Source: Candidatus Goldiibacteriota bacterium (GTDB taxonomy: Bacteria > Oederibacteriota > PGYV01). From it: 64,000 nt of DNA. This document shows, one piece after another, positions 9,366 through 17,954 of the stretch. The notes below the pieces were generated by a model. The model searched no databases. It had not been told where the DNA came from and worked only from the letters and a program-made list of their open reading frames with translations. A program made the position numbers and the translations under genes. Location: the NCBI GenBank assembly GCA_016937715.1, contig JAFGWA010000005.1, positions 5,040-69,039 on the forward strand, read 5' to 3'. Numbering within the stretch: position 1 is the first letter of the stretch; every line of letters starts with the position of its first letter.

Positions 9366-10385
9366 CTATTGTGTTAAAATTTTATTATACTTAACAACCC
9401 TGTTAGTATTAAAACCGGTATAGTAATCGGTGACATAAAGATTTCCCTGATTATCAAAAACAATATCCCTTAATCCATGAAACGGCTCATTGATATCAGG
9501 CCAGGTATTAGACTGTATATACGCCACTCTATTACCATCTAATCCTATAAAATCAATATTAAAACTGTCCAATCTTATAATTATGCCTGTACTTTCGCAT
9601 CCCACATTTAACGCCCAGCCTATCCAGACAGGATTTACTGAAAGATTTCCATCAGGTGTAAAAACATATATATGGGATGCATTGTTGGACACATATACAT
9701 AATTATTACTTTTATTTATTGCGACCCTTATGTTGCCTGCCGTATAATACGGATGGCCCGAAACCGCACTTTTCCACTCTTCAATAAAAGTCCCGTCTGT
9801 CATAAACTTCTGTATTCTTGCATTGTTGCCGTCAGTGACATAAACAATATTATTACCGTCTATTGCCACATCCACAGGTCCGTTAAATTGCCCGTTTCCG
9901 GAACCGGACGTTCCCCACTGCGCCTGATATACTCCGTCAGAATTAAATACCTGAATCCTATTGTTGCCGGTGTCCACAACATAAACATTGTTATTGGTAT
10001 CAAGCGCTATCCCGTCAGGAGCGTTAAATTCTCCGTTCCCGCTGCCTGCGGATCCCCATTTTTTTAAAAATGTTCCCGAGGAATTGAATTTTCGAACTCT
10101 GTTATTTCCTTTGTCTACAACATATATATTATCCTGGGAGTCCACAGCAAGACTCTGCGGATTATTAAAATTTCCGTCTTCGGTGCCCAGCACACCCCAT
10201 TTAGAACCCGGAGCATAACTGGCAGAAGGTAGCATTTCTACCGTTGCCATCGGAGTCGGGATATCCCCGTCATTTACAGTTCCAATTTCAGGTTCCGGCT
10301 CTGATACGGATAATTTTTTGGAACAGGAAGATATTGTAAAAACAAACAAAAACACGATACAGAAAAATACAATTATGCTTTTCAT
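9366..10385 (-). CDS. NHL-repeat beta-propeller lipoprotein
   Basis: Lipobox ISSC; repeated G.G.G.F..P..IA.D...N.YV.D..N.RIQ.F. Confidence 0.88.
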   Translation of the reverse strand: MKSIIVFFCIVFLFVFTISSCSKKLSVSEPEPEIGTVNDGDIPTPMATVEMLPSASYAPGSKWGVLGTEDGNFNNPQSLAVDSQDNIYVVDKGNNRVRKFNSSGTFLKKWGSAGSGNGEFNAPDGIALDTNNNVYVVDTGNNRIQVFNSDGVYQAQWGTSGSGNGQFNGPVDVAIDGNNIVYVTDGNNARIQKFMTDGTFIEEWKSAVSGHPYYTAGNIRVAINKSNNYVYVSNNASHIYVFTPDGNLSVNPVWIGWALNVGCESTGIIIRLDSFNIDFIGLDGNRVAYIQSNTWPDINEPFHGLRDIVFDNQGNLYVTDYYTGFNTNRVVKYNKILTQ

Positions 10386-10470
10386 AAACCCTCCCAATAT
10401 TATGAATAGATATTTATTTTTTAATGACAAAAGAATAACTCAGAAATTAAACAAACTCAACTGTATTTTT

Positions 10471-11448
10471 TTAATTCAAACAAAACTTTTTACCGTACTT
10501 TTTTAACAGTTCATTTGCTTTTTTTGCGGAAACCCCGCCTGTGCAGCCGGTCTGCGTTACTGCAAGCGCGCCGCACGCAGAGGCAAACAGCATTGTATTC
10601 AGGAGAGTATTTTCATCTTTTATTTTTTCTTTAACCGTCTTCCCCTTAAGCTTTGAAAGTTTTGCGATTATCCCGGCTGTAAACGCGTCGCCCGCGCCGG
10701 TAGAATCAACGCACTTAACAGGCAGCACTGCCATATCATATGTCTTGCCGTTATACGAAAATACAGTGTTGCCGCCGCCGCATGTAATAACAGCAAACTT
10801 AAAACCCGCCTCCGTCAGAAACTTCAGCGCTTCTCTGACGTCTTTTTTGCCTGTTATAAGGCCGGCTTCATAATCATTAACGTGCAGTATGTCCGTGAAC
10901 TTGCCGCACTTAAGCAGATTACCTTTAAACTTATCCGAGGAAATGATGTAATCCAGAACAGTTATTGCTCCGGATTTTTTGGCTGTTTCCATAATCCGCA
11001 TCAGCCCGCTTTCCACGTTGGGCATTGACGGCGTCTCACCCGCGTAAAATATTGCCGGTTTCTCTTTTTTTATCAGTTTAATAACTTCAGCTGCCGTATA
11101 GATCGGATTTGAACCTTTATCCCCTATAAACGCCCTGCTCTTGTCATCAAATCCAAGAATAAAACATTTCGCGGTCTGCCCGTTTTTTATAATTTTAACT
11201 CTGCTTTTAATTTTGTATTTTTCAAGATACCCGGCCAGCATATTACCAAACATGTCATCACCGGTAACACTTCCACAGATGACATTCTTTACTCCCAGTT
11301 TTGACAGGTCTATTGCCACATTTAACACATTACCGCCCGGATGGTGCGAAATCCGCGATTTAAATCCGGTGTTTGGCGCAACAGCAGAATCCAGACCCTG
11401 CGCGAAAATATCCACAACAAGCGTGCCGACACACAGTACTTTTGTCAT
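10471..11448 (-). CDS. PfkB-family carbohydrate kinase
   Basis: PGGNVLNVA, NDYEA, DSTGAGDAF. Confidence 0.92.
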   Translation of the reverse strand: MTKVLCVGTLVVDIFAQGLDSAVAPNTGFKSRISHHPGGNVLNVAIDLSKLGVKNVICGSVTGDDMFGNMLAGYLEKYKIKSRVKIIKNGQTAKCFILGFDDKSRAFIGDKGSNPIYTAAEVIKLIKKEKPAIFYAGETPSMPNVESGLMRIMETAKKSGAITVLDYIISSDKFKGNLLKCGKFTDILHVNDYEAGLITGKKDVREALKFLTEAGFKFAVITCGGGNTVFSYNGKTYDMAVLPVKCVDSTGAGDAFTAGIIAKLSKLKGKTVKEKIKDENTLLNTMLFASACGALAVTQTGCTGGVSAKKANELLKKYGKKFCLN

Positions 11449-12818
11449 AAGCGCCCCCTTATTTTCATAAGTTCTTTTATTCCGGTTTTTTTAAGCTCGC
11501 CGGCCAGTTTTTTCAATGCCTTTTTTATCTGCCCGGGCTTTATTTTCGGGTAATCCCTTGCCGCGCGCATCAGGAATTCCTTGTAATCACGCTTAATTGC
11601 CATTGAAGCAATCTCTTTTAACGTAAAGGTTTTAAATATCGCGATAAGCGCCTGTGCCGCGAATATCAGGCTTAAGTCATTTCCCTTTAAAAAACTCTTT
11701 ATAAATTTAACGCTGTTATCTTTCATTCCGCTGACTGCCTTGTTAAAAATCACTTCATCCATATTTTTTAATATATCAGCCACAAGATAATGAAGTTCAT
11801 ACCCCGGATATCTTAACGCCACAATTTTTTCCTCGTACTCGGAATAATTATTCTTAACGCCCCGCTTAAAACATCTGCCAATAAGCCGTGCTTCTTCAAT
11901 CGCGCGAAGAAGCCCAAAACCGCTTGAAGGTAAAGGTGATGACACGCTGTCGCCGCAGAAAAAAATCCGCCCGCGCCTTAAATACCTTCTTTCCATAAGC
12001 GGAATATTTCCCTGTATTTCTTTTAACCGCCTTCCCCCCGCCCCCATGTACTTTATGTACATGTTAAGCGATTTTTCCATTCTTGCGCGGCTTTTCGCGT
12101 CAAGTTTTTCAAAAGCAAAACAGCCGGCAAGCGCCTCGTGTTTGTTATACGGAAGCAACCAGAAATAGTCTTTGCCCGGAAAAGGCGCGTGAAAAATATG
12201 CGCTTTGGAAATGTCTTTTAAGGGTTTTTCAAGTTTTATCTCCGCGGCGCAGCACCCCATATAATCGCCGCGCGGCTCTTTTTTTCCAAGCGGCCTCTGA
12301 TTCTTTGAATACCACCCCATGGCATCAACAAAATATCCGGCTTTGTAATAACCCTTATTTGTTTTCACGCCGGCATAACCGCCGTTTTGAACGCATTTTA
12401 AAACGGCTTCTTTTTCCTTTATTTCCGCCCCGGCTTTTATCGCCCTTGCTTTAAGCATAAGCAGCAGTTTTTTAGTATCCACCACCGCTGAATCGGACTT
12501 TTTAAGTTCGTACGCCCCGCCCAGATAACTTGAAAATACAAGCGTATCTATCCTGTGTTTTACCGCGGACGCGCACCCCGCCTTTTTAAGCCCGCTGTAC
12601 CATGTTATCCAGCTTCTGGGAGTGCTGCCAATATAGTTTTTTTCTATCAGCAGGGTTTTTAATCCTGTTTTGGATATTTCACGCGCGGCAGTTAAGCCCG
12701 CCGGCCCCCCGCCTAAAACGATTACATCATATTTTTTTATGGCACTTACCCCCTGAACTTTAAACTTTGCATTTTTTGATATTTTTATAATTGTTGCATA
12801 AATATTAAGTTTAAACAA
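11445..12818 (-). CDS. FAD-dependent oxidoreductase, geranylgeranyl reductase / lycopene cyclase-like
   Basis: DVIVLGGGPAG, DAMG, YFWLLP, GDS...P.P.SG.G; start uncertain. Confidence 0.72.
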   Translation of the reverse strand: MFKLNIYATIIKISKNAKFKVQGVSAIKKYDVIVLGGGPAGLTAAREISKTGLKTLLIEKNYIGSTPRSWITWYSGLKKAGCASAVKHRIDTLVFSSYLGGAYELKKSDSAVVDTKKLLLMLKARAIKAGAEIKEKEAVLKCVQNGGYAGVKTNKGYYKAGYFVDAMGWYSKNQRPLGKKEPRGDYMGCCAAEIKLEKPLKDISKAHIFHAPFPGKDYFWLLPYNKHEALAGCFAFEKLDAKSRARMEKSLNMYIKYMGAGGRRLKEIQGNIPLMERRYLRRGRIFFCGDSVSSPLPSSGFGLLRAIEEARLIGRCFKRGVKNNYSEYEEKIVALRYPGYELHYLVADILKNMDEVIFNKAVSGMKDNSVKFIKSFLKGNDLSLIFAAQALIAIFKTFTLKEIASMAIKRDYKEFLMRAARDYPKIKPGQIKKALKKLAGELKKTGIKELMKIRGRL

Positions 12819-12826
12819 TCCCGGTA

Positions 12827-13414
12827 TTACAACGGTTTATCAATATCCTTTAAAGCATCCTGTGCCATCAGCTGATTAAAAAACATGGGTATAATAATCA
12901 TCCTGTGAAACGGCCGGATGAAAAAAAACTCCAGTTTTCCAAACCCTGTATTATACTTCACCGTTGTAGACTCTATTATTCTGTAAATTCCCGCTTTATC
13001 CTTATTTTTGTCCAGCAGTACAGATAACCTGAAATCCATATTTTTATCATCCAGGCCCATTATCACTTCATTTTCCAGAACCTGAAAAACCATAAAGCCG
13101 CCGAACTTATCGCCCTGTTTAATTGAATCAGGCCCCCCGGATTTCATCTGATTCTCTTTTGTATAAAATTCCTTTGACCCTATCAGCAGTCCGGCTTTGT
13201 CCCTGATTTTTTCAAGAACTTTCATCCACCACGGGTCCATGCTTCCGTCAAGGACCTTCATAAGCGCTTTTTTTACATCTTCTATCGTTATCTGCCTTCC
13301 CCACCGGGCAAACACGCACTCATAACTTTCTTTATAGCCGAATGATTCTTTATGCGGATACAGCGCGGACAAAGGGGTAAATGGTATTTCTTTTATTTTG
13401 TAATCTTTCCTCAT
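12827..13414 (-). CDS. DUF2867-like protein
   Basis: EVIMGLDDKNMDFRLSV, T.VKYN..FG..FF.I.PFH. Confidence 0.75.
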   Translation of the reverse strand: MRKDYKIKEIPFTPLSALYPHKESFGYKESYECVFARWGRQITIEDVKKALMKVLDGSMDPWWMKVLEKIRDKAGLLIGSKEFYTKENQMKSGGPDSIKQGDKFGGFMVFQVLENEVIMGLDDKNMDFRLSVLLDKNKDKAGIYRIIESTTVKYNTGFGKLEFFFIRPFHRMIIIPMFFNQLMAQDALKDIDKPL

Positions 13415-13560
13415 TAATCTCCCTCCAAAATTATCCGGATGCGCCGCCGTCTCCAAAAATAATACTTTTTACACCGTCAACTTCCATGATAAACAATCTG
13501 ATAATATTCGGATTTTCTTTATATTTTAGTTGTTAAAATAAACCTAAACTAACTACAACT

Positions 13561-13585
13561 GCCCCGGGCTGAAGCCCGCGCCTAC
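13561..13585 (-). repeat. GTAG-REP-like hairpin (class CGCGGG.CTTCAGCCCG)
   Basis: Minus strand GTAGGCGCGGGCTTCAGCCCGGGGC. Confidence 0.7.
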
Positions 13586-13626
13586 CAGGACTAAAAAACA
13601 CAGACCAACTTCAGCAGAAAAAATTA

Positions 13627-14346
13627 TTATTTTAGTTCAAATTTTACCATTACACCTGCTGATATCTTAACCGTACCCGCCGATAAAGTGCCGCCGCTTT
13701 CTGATTCCGCAGTAACGCTGTTCATCATCACGTTTGCCGCCATTTTTCCGGCAGCACGGTAGGGCTGCTGTTCTGTCTGCAGTTCTTCAATAGCAAGCGG
13801 TTTTCCTGTTACGCTGCCAAGCGATGCCGCCATTGCCTTTGCTTTTTCCTGAGCTGCTTTTAAAGCCAAAGCCCTTGCCTCGTCCGCGTACTTTCTTTTT
13901 TCTGATACTATAAACTCCATACCATTAAGGTAGTTGGACCCTGCCTGCAATATTCCGGCAACCACTGTTTCATATGCTTCCAGGCTGCGCAGAAGCACAG
14001 TAATATTTTTTGTCACGGTATAACCAACAAGCACCTGTTTGCCGCTGTAATCATATCTGGGCTGAATTGATATCCTGTCCGTCTGAATGTCCTTTTCATC
14101 AACGCCATTCTGTTTAAGCGCTTCAAATATCTTTTTTGTCTTGGTGTCATTGTCTTTCTTTGCCGCTTCTATTTCTTTGCTGTCGGAATTAACCCCAAAA
14201 CTGATTATAGCCCGGTCCGGCACCGCTTTTACATCCGCCATTCCCGTCACAGTAATGTAACGCTTTCCGTTTGAATCATCCGCGCCGGCCATTACACCAC
14301 ACGCCAGTATTAACACAACTGCAAAACAAAAACTTTTTATACGCAT
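13627..14346 (-). CDS. SIMPL (DUF541) periplasmic protein
   Basis: ITVTG.A.V...PD.A, DIQT..ISIQP.Y, AR..AL..A..KA. Confidence 0.92.
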   Translation of the reverse strand: MRIKSFCFAVVLILACGVMAGADDSNGKRYITVTGMADVKAVPDRAIISFGVNSDSKEIEAAKKDNDTKTKKIFEALKQNGVDEKDIQTDRISIQPRYDYSGKQVLVGYTVTKNITVLLRSLEAYETVVAGILQAGSNYLNGMEFIVSEKRKYADEARALALKAAQEKAKAMAASLGSVTGKPLAIEELQTEQQPYRAAGKMAANVMMNSVTAESESGGTLSAGTVKISAGVMVKFELK

Positions 14347-14422
14347 ATTTTTCCCCTTTAATGTTTATTTTAAGACATTTTATCCTTATTTTATAATTTA
14401 ATCATTAATAAAATCAAATACC

Positions 14423-14448
14423 GGACAGCGCGGGAGCGCTGTCCCTAC
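14423..14448 (-). repeat. GTAG-REP-like hairpin (class GGACAGCGC...GCGCTGTCC)
   Basis: Minus strand GTAGGGACAGCGCTCCCGCGCTGTCC; copies at 27232 and 36933. Confidence 0.75.
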
Positions 14449-14487
14449 GAAAACGAAAACGAAAACTAATACAAACACATTCAAATT

Positions 14488-14516
14488 AAAAGCCCTCCTT
14501 ATTCAGGAGGGCTTTT
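14488..14516 (-). terminator. Intrinsic terminator after metY
   Basis: AAAAGCCCTCCT...AGGAGGGCTTTT. Confidence 0.8.
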
Positions 14517-14525
14517 AAAAGTAAT

Positions 14526-15821
14526 TTACTTTTGTGACAGTTTAAGCGCTTCATCCAACGCTTCTTTTATGTCATCAATATGCTCTATGCCGATTGAAAG
14601 CCTTATTAAATCCGGAGTAATTCCGCCGGTTTTCTGCTGTTCTTCGGTTAACTGCGAATGCGTCGTGCTTGCGCTGTGGATTATCAAGCTCTTTGCGTCG
14701 CCCACGTTTGCCACGTGTGAAAACAGCTTTATATTATTTATAAGCTTAACAGCCGCATCGTATCCGCCTTTTATCCCAAATACCGCCACACCGCCAAAAC
14801 CATTTTTTAAATACTTCTTTGCCGTGTTATTATCCGGATGCGACGCAAGGCCGGGATACTTAACCCACGCGACAGCCGGATGTTTTTCAAGAAACTTCGC
14901 GGTTTCTAAAGCGTTATAATTGTGGCGTTCCATCCTTAAAGGCAGCGTTTCCACTCCCTGCAGAATCTGCCACGCGTTATCCGGCGATATCGCGGCGCCC
15001 AAATTTCTAAGCGGCGTTAACCGGAATTTAAGCGCGTAACACAGCGGGGAGAGCGGCCCCAGGTCGTGCGCCCATCTTAACCCATGATAGCTTTCATCCG
15101 GGTTGTTGAAAAGTTCAAATTTTTCGTCTTTCCAGTTGAATTTGCCGGCGTCAACCGCAATACCGCCCATTACCGTACCGTGGCCGCCTATCCATTTTGT
15201 AAGCGAATGCACCACAATATCCGCGCCGTGTTCTATCGGCCTTAACAGCGCGGGCGTCGTGAATGTGGAATCAACTATAAGGGGCAGATTATGCTTTTTG
15301 GCAATTTTTGAAACCTCTTCAATATCCGTGACGCCAAGCCCGGGATTGCCTATTGTTTCAATATAAATAGCGCGCGTCTTTGCGTTAATCGCCTTTTCAT
15401 AACCTGCAAAATCATTGTGGCCAACAAACCTTGTCACAATTCCGTGCTGCGGCAGTATGTCATTTAACATTGTAAACGTTCCGCCGTAAAGGTTATTGGC
15501 AGACACAATTTCATCCCCCATTTTACAGATGTTAATCAGGGCGTAATGCACTGCAGAAGTTCCGGAAGCCGTTGCCACAGCAGCCACGCCGCCTTCAAGC
15601 GCGGCAAGCCTTTGTTCCAAAACATCAGTTGTGGGATTCATTAACCTTGTGTAAATATTTCCAAGTTCTTTAAGCGCGAATAAATCCGCGCCCCTTGCCG
15701 TTGTGCCAAGGTCATAAGCCGTTGTCCTGTAAACAGGAACAGCCCTTGATTTTGTATCGTTGTCCGGTTTATGCCCCGCGTGAAGCACTTGTGTTTCCAG
15801 CCTGTAATTTTTTTCCGCCAT
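14526..15821 (-). CDS. metY: O-acetylhomoserine aminocarboxypropyltransferase (sulfhydrylase)
   Basis: IYTRLMNPT, HSLTKWIGGHG (PLP Lys), ANVGDAKSL, STTHSQL. Confidence 0.93.
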   Translation of the reverse strand: MAEKNYRLETQVLHAGHKPDNDTKSRAVPVYRTTAYDLGTTARGADLFALKELGNIYTRLMNPTTDVLEQRLAALEGGVAAVATASGTSAVHYALINICKMGDEIVSANNLYGGTFTMLNDILPQHGIVTRFVGHNDFAGYEKAINAKTRAIYIETIGNPGLGVTDIEEVSKIAKKHNLPLIVDSTFTTPALLRPIEHGADIVVHSLTKWIGGHGTVMGGIAVDAGKFNWKDEKFELFNNPDESYHGLRWAHDLGPLSPLCYALKFRLTPLRNLGAAISPDNAWQILQGVETLPLRMERHNYNALETAKFLEKHPAVAWVKYPGLASHPDNNTAKKYLKNGFGGVAVFGIKGGYDAAVKLINNIKLFSHVANVGDAKSLIIHSASTTHSQLTEEQQKTGGITPDLIRLSIGIEHIDDIKEALDEALKLSQK

Positions 15822-15840
15822 TGTGTTTTCTCCTTATTTT

Positions 15841-16764
15841 TTATTCTTCAAAAAGCCAGGTGCTTAAATATCTTTCGCCTGTATCACACATTACAGTCAC
15901 TATCAATTTTCCTTTATTTTCCGGAAGCTTTGCAAGTTCAAGCGCGCAGTGCAGATTGGCACCCGCGGAAATACCTATTAACAGCCCTTCTTCTTTGGCG
16001 GCGCGGCGGGCCGCCATACCCGCGTCTTCTTCCTTAACCTTCATTATACTGTCAATTACCTTTAAATTCACCACATCAGGTATAAAATTCGCGCCTATTC
16101 CCTGAATTTTATGCGGCCCCGGCGCTTCGCCTGACAGCACCGCGGATTTTTCCGGTTCAACTGCCACAATTTTTACTTTTTTATTTTTGGATTTTAAGTA
16201 CGCTCCGGTCCCTGTAACGGTCCCGCCTGTTCCGACCGCAGCAACAAAAATATCAACTTTACCGTCAGTGTCTTTCCATATTTCCGGGCCTGTTGTTTTT
16301 TTATGAACCTCAGGATTAGCCGGGTTATTAAACTGCTGCGGTATAAAACTGCCCGGCGTTTTGGACGCAAGCTCTTCCGCGGCTTCCACCGCTCCTTTCA
16401 TGCCTTTTGCGCCATCGGTTAAAACAAGCTGCGCGCCAAGGGCTTTTAACAATTTTCTTCTTTCAACGCTCATTGTATCGGGCATTGTCAGTATAAGTTT
16501 ATACCCTTTTACGGCGCTTATATACGCAAGCGCAATTCCGGTATTGCCGGAAGTAGGCTCTATAATAATACCGCCTTTTTTTAATCTGCCTTCTTTTTCC
16601 GCCGCTTCAATCATAGAAAGCCCTATCCTGTCTTTTACACTGGACAACGGGTTAAAATATTCAAGTTTAACAGCCACCTTTGCATAGCCATCCGCATTCA
16701 TTTTATTTATATAAACAAGGGGCGTGTTGCCTATCAGTTCAGTAATATTGCCTGCTATTTTCAT
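15841..16764 (-). CDS. cysK: Cysteine synthase A
   Basis: SVKDRI, PTSGNTG, GTGGT, HKIQGIG, ERYLST. Confidence 0.96.
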   Translation of the reverse strand: MKIAGNITELIGNTPLVYINKMNADGYAKVAVKLEYFNPLSSVKDRIGLSMIEAAEKEGRLKKGGIIIEPTSGNTGIALAYISAVKGYKLILTMPDTMSVERRKLLKALGAQLVLTDGAKGMKGAVEAAEELASKTPGSFIPQQFNNPANPEVHKKTTGPEIWKDTDGKVDIFVAAVGTGGTVTGTGAYLKSKNKKVKIVAVEPEKSAVLSGEAPGPHKIQGIGANFIPDVVNLKVIDSIMKVKEEDAGMAARRAAKEEGLLIGISAGANLHCALELAKLPENKGKLIVTVMCDTGERYLSTWLFEE

Positions 16765-16781
16765 GGCGTCCTCCTTCTAAA

Positions 16782-17225
16782 TTAAATGCAGTATGTCCCT
16801 TCGTTTTCTTTATTAAGCACTTTATAATCATTCACAATATCTTCAAGCGTTGTACTTTCCAGCGTTTTTACCATTTGGCTTTCAAGCTTGCACCAAAAAC
16901 CGCGCGCCGGGCACCGCCTGCTTTTATCGCACAACCCCGCATCCTTTACGCATTCAACAACTCCGGTATCCCCTTCAAGCGAATTCATTACCTGCAGCAT
17001 GTTTATTTTTGAAGGTTCTTTTGCCAGCTCATAGCCGCCTTTAGCCCCGCGCTGTGAATTAATAATTCCCGCGCTTTTCAGCTGAAGCACTATTTTGCTT
17101 AAATATTTTTCCGAGATATCCTGTTTTTCCGCTATCACATTTAATAACTGCGGCCCTTTGCCGTAATTATAGGCAAGTTCAAATAAAAGCCTTGTGCCGT
17201 ATCTTGTCCTTGTTGAAAGTTTCAC
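16782..17225 (-). CDS. Rrf2-family regulator with 3 Cys, heading cysK-metY
   Basis: STRTRYG.R, ISEKYL, RGAKGGY.LA, C..C..C. Confidence 0.92.
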   Translation of the reverse strand: MKLSTRTRYGTRLLFELAYNYGKGPQLLNVIAEKQDISEKYLSKIVLQLKSAGIINSQRGAKGGYELAKEPSKINMLQVMNSLEGDTGVVECVKDAGLCDKSRRCPARGFWCKLESQMVKTLESTTLEDIVNDYKVLNKENEGTYCI

Positions 17226-17269
17226 TTTATTCTCCTTTAATCTCTACCATTTAGGTCTTGATAGTAGTA

Positions 17270-17297
17270 ATTATATTCATACAATTTAAAATGTCAA
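17270..17297 (-). promoter_or_regulatory. Sigma70-type promoter of rrf2-cysK-metY
   Basis: TTGACA-N16-TATAAT. Confidence 0.7.
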
Positions 17298-17306
17298 CTT
17301 TTATTT

Positions 17307-17876
17307 TTAAACTTTTAAGGACTTCTTAAGATTTTCCCTTGCCCTGAATATCAGAGATTCAACAGAAGCGGCCGAAACCGACATAATCCGCGCTATCTCT
17401 TTATAAGATTTCTCTTCATATACCAGAAGCACAATTGCCATGCGCTGGTTTTCCGGCAGCGATAAAAGCGCTTTATTTATATTTTCTTCGGCCTGATTTT
17501 TTTCCGCGCGCAGGTCCGCGGATACAGACGTATTATCAGCGATTTGCGTAAAATTTTCCGCGCCCTGTTCCCCGGTTTCCTCATGTATGCTTTTGGCGCC
17601 AAGGCCGGCATCCGTCTTTTTCTTTCTTAAAAAATCTATGGCGGTGTTTGAAACAATCCTGTAAAGCCAGGTGGTAAACTTTGCCGATGGTGAATAATTG
17701 CCCGCGCCTTTATAAACCTTTATAAACACTTCCTGCGCTATGTCTTCAGCTTCCTGCCTGCTGCGTATAAACCTGTAAGCGTAATTAAGAACCGCCTGCT
17801 GATATTTATCAAGCAGTTCATTAAACGCGTTTTTATCCCCCTGTTTAATTCTTTGCATTAAATCATGGGCTTCCAT
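17307..17876 (-). CDS. ECF RNA polymerase sigma factor (no adjacent anti-sigma)
   Basis: AEDIAQEVF, F.TWLYRI..N, SY.EIA...V.S..FRAR. Confidence 0.92.
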   Translation of the reverse strand: MEAHDLMQRIKQGDKNAFNELLDKYQQAVLNYAYRFIRSRQEAEDIAQEVFIKVYKGAGNYSPSAKFTTWLYRIVSNTAIDFLRKKKTDAGLGAKSIHEETGEQGAENFTQIADNTSVSADLRAEKNQAEENINKALLSLPENQRMAIVLLVYEEKSYKEIARIMSVSAASVESLIFRARENLKKSLKV

Positions 17877-17954
17877 TATGACCGCCTTTAAAAGCACAGA
17901 ACCGCTCCCGCTTCCCCCGGCTTTTGGCTTTACAATAAACTGCTTTAATTTTTA

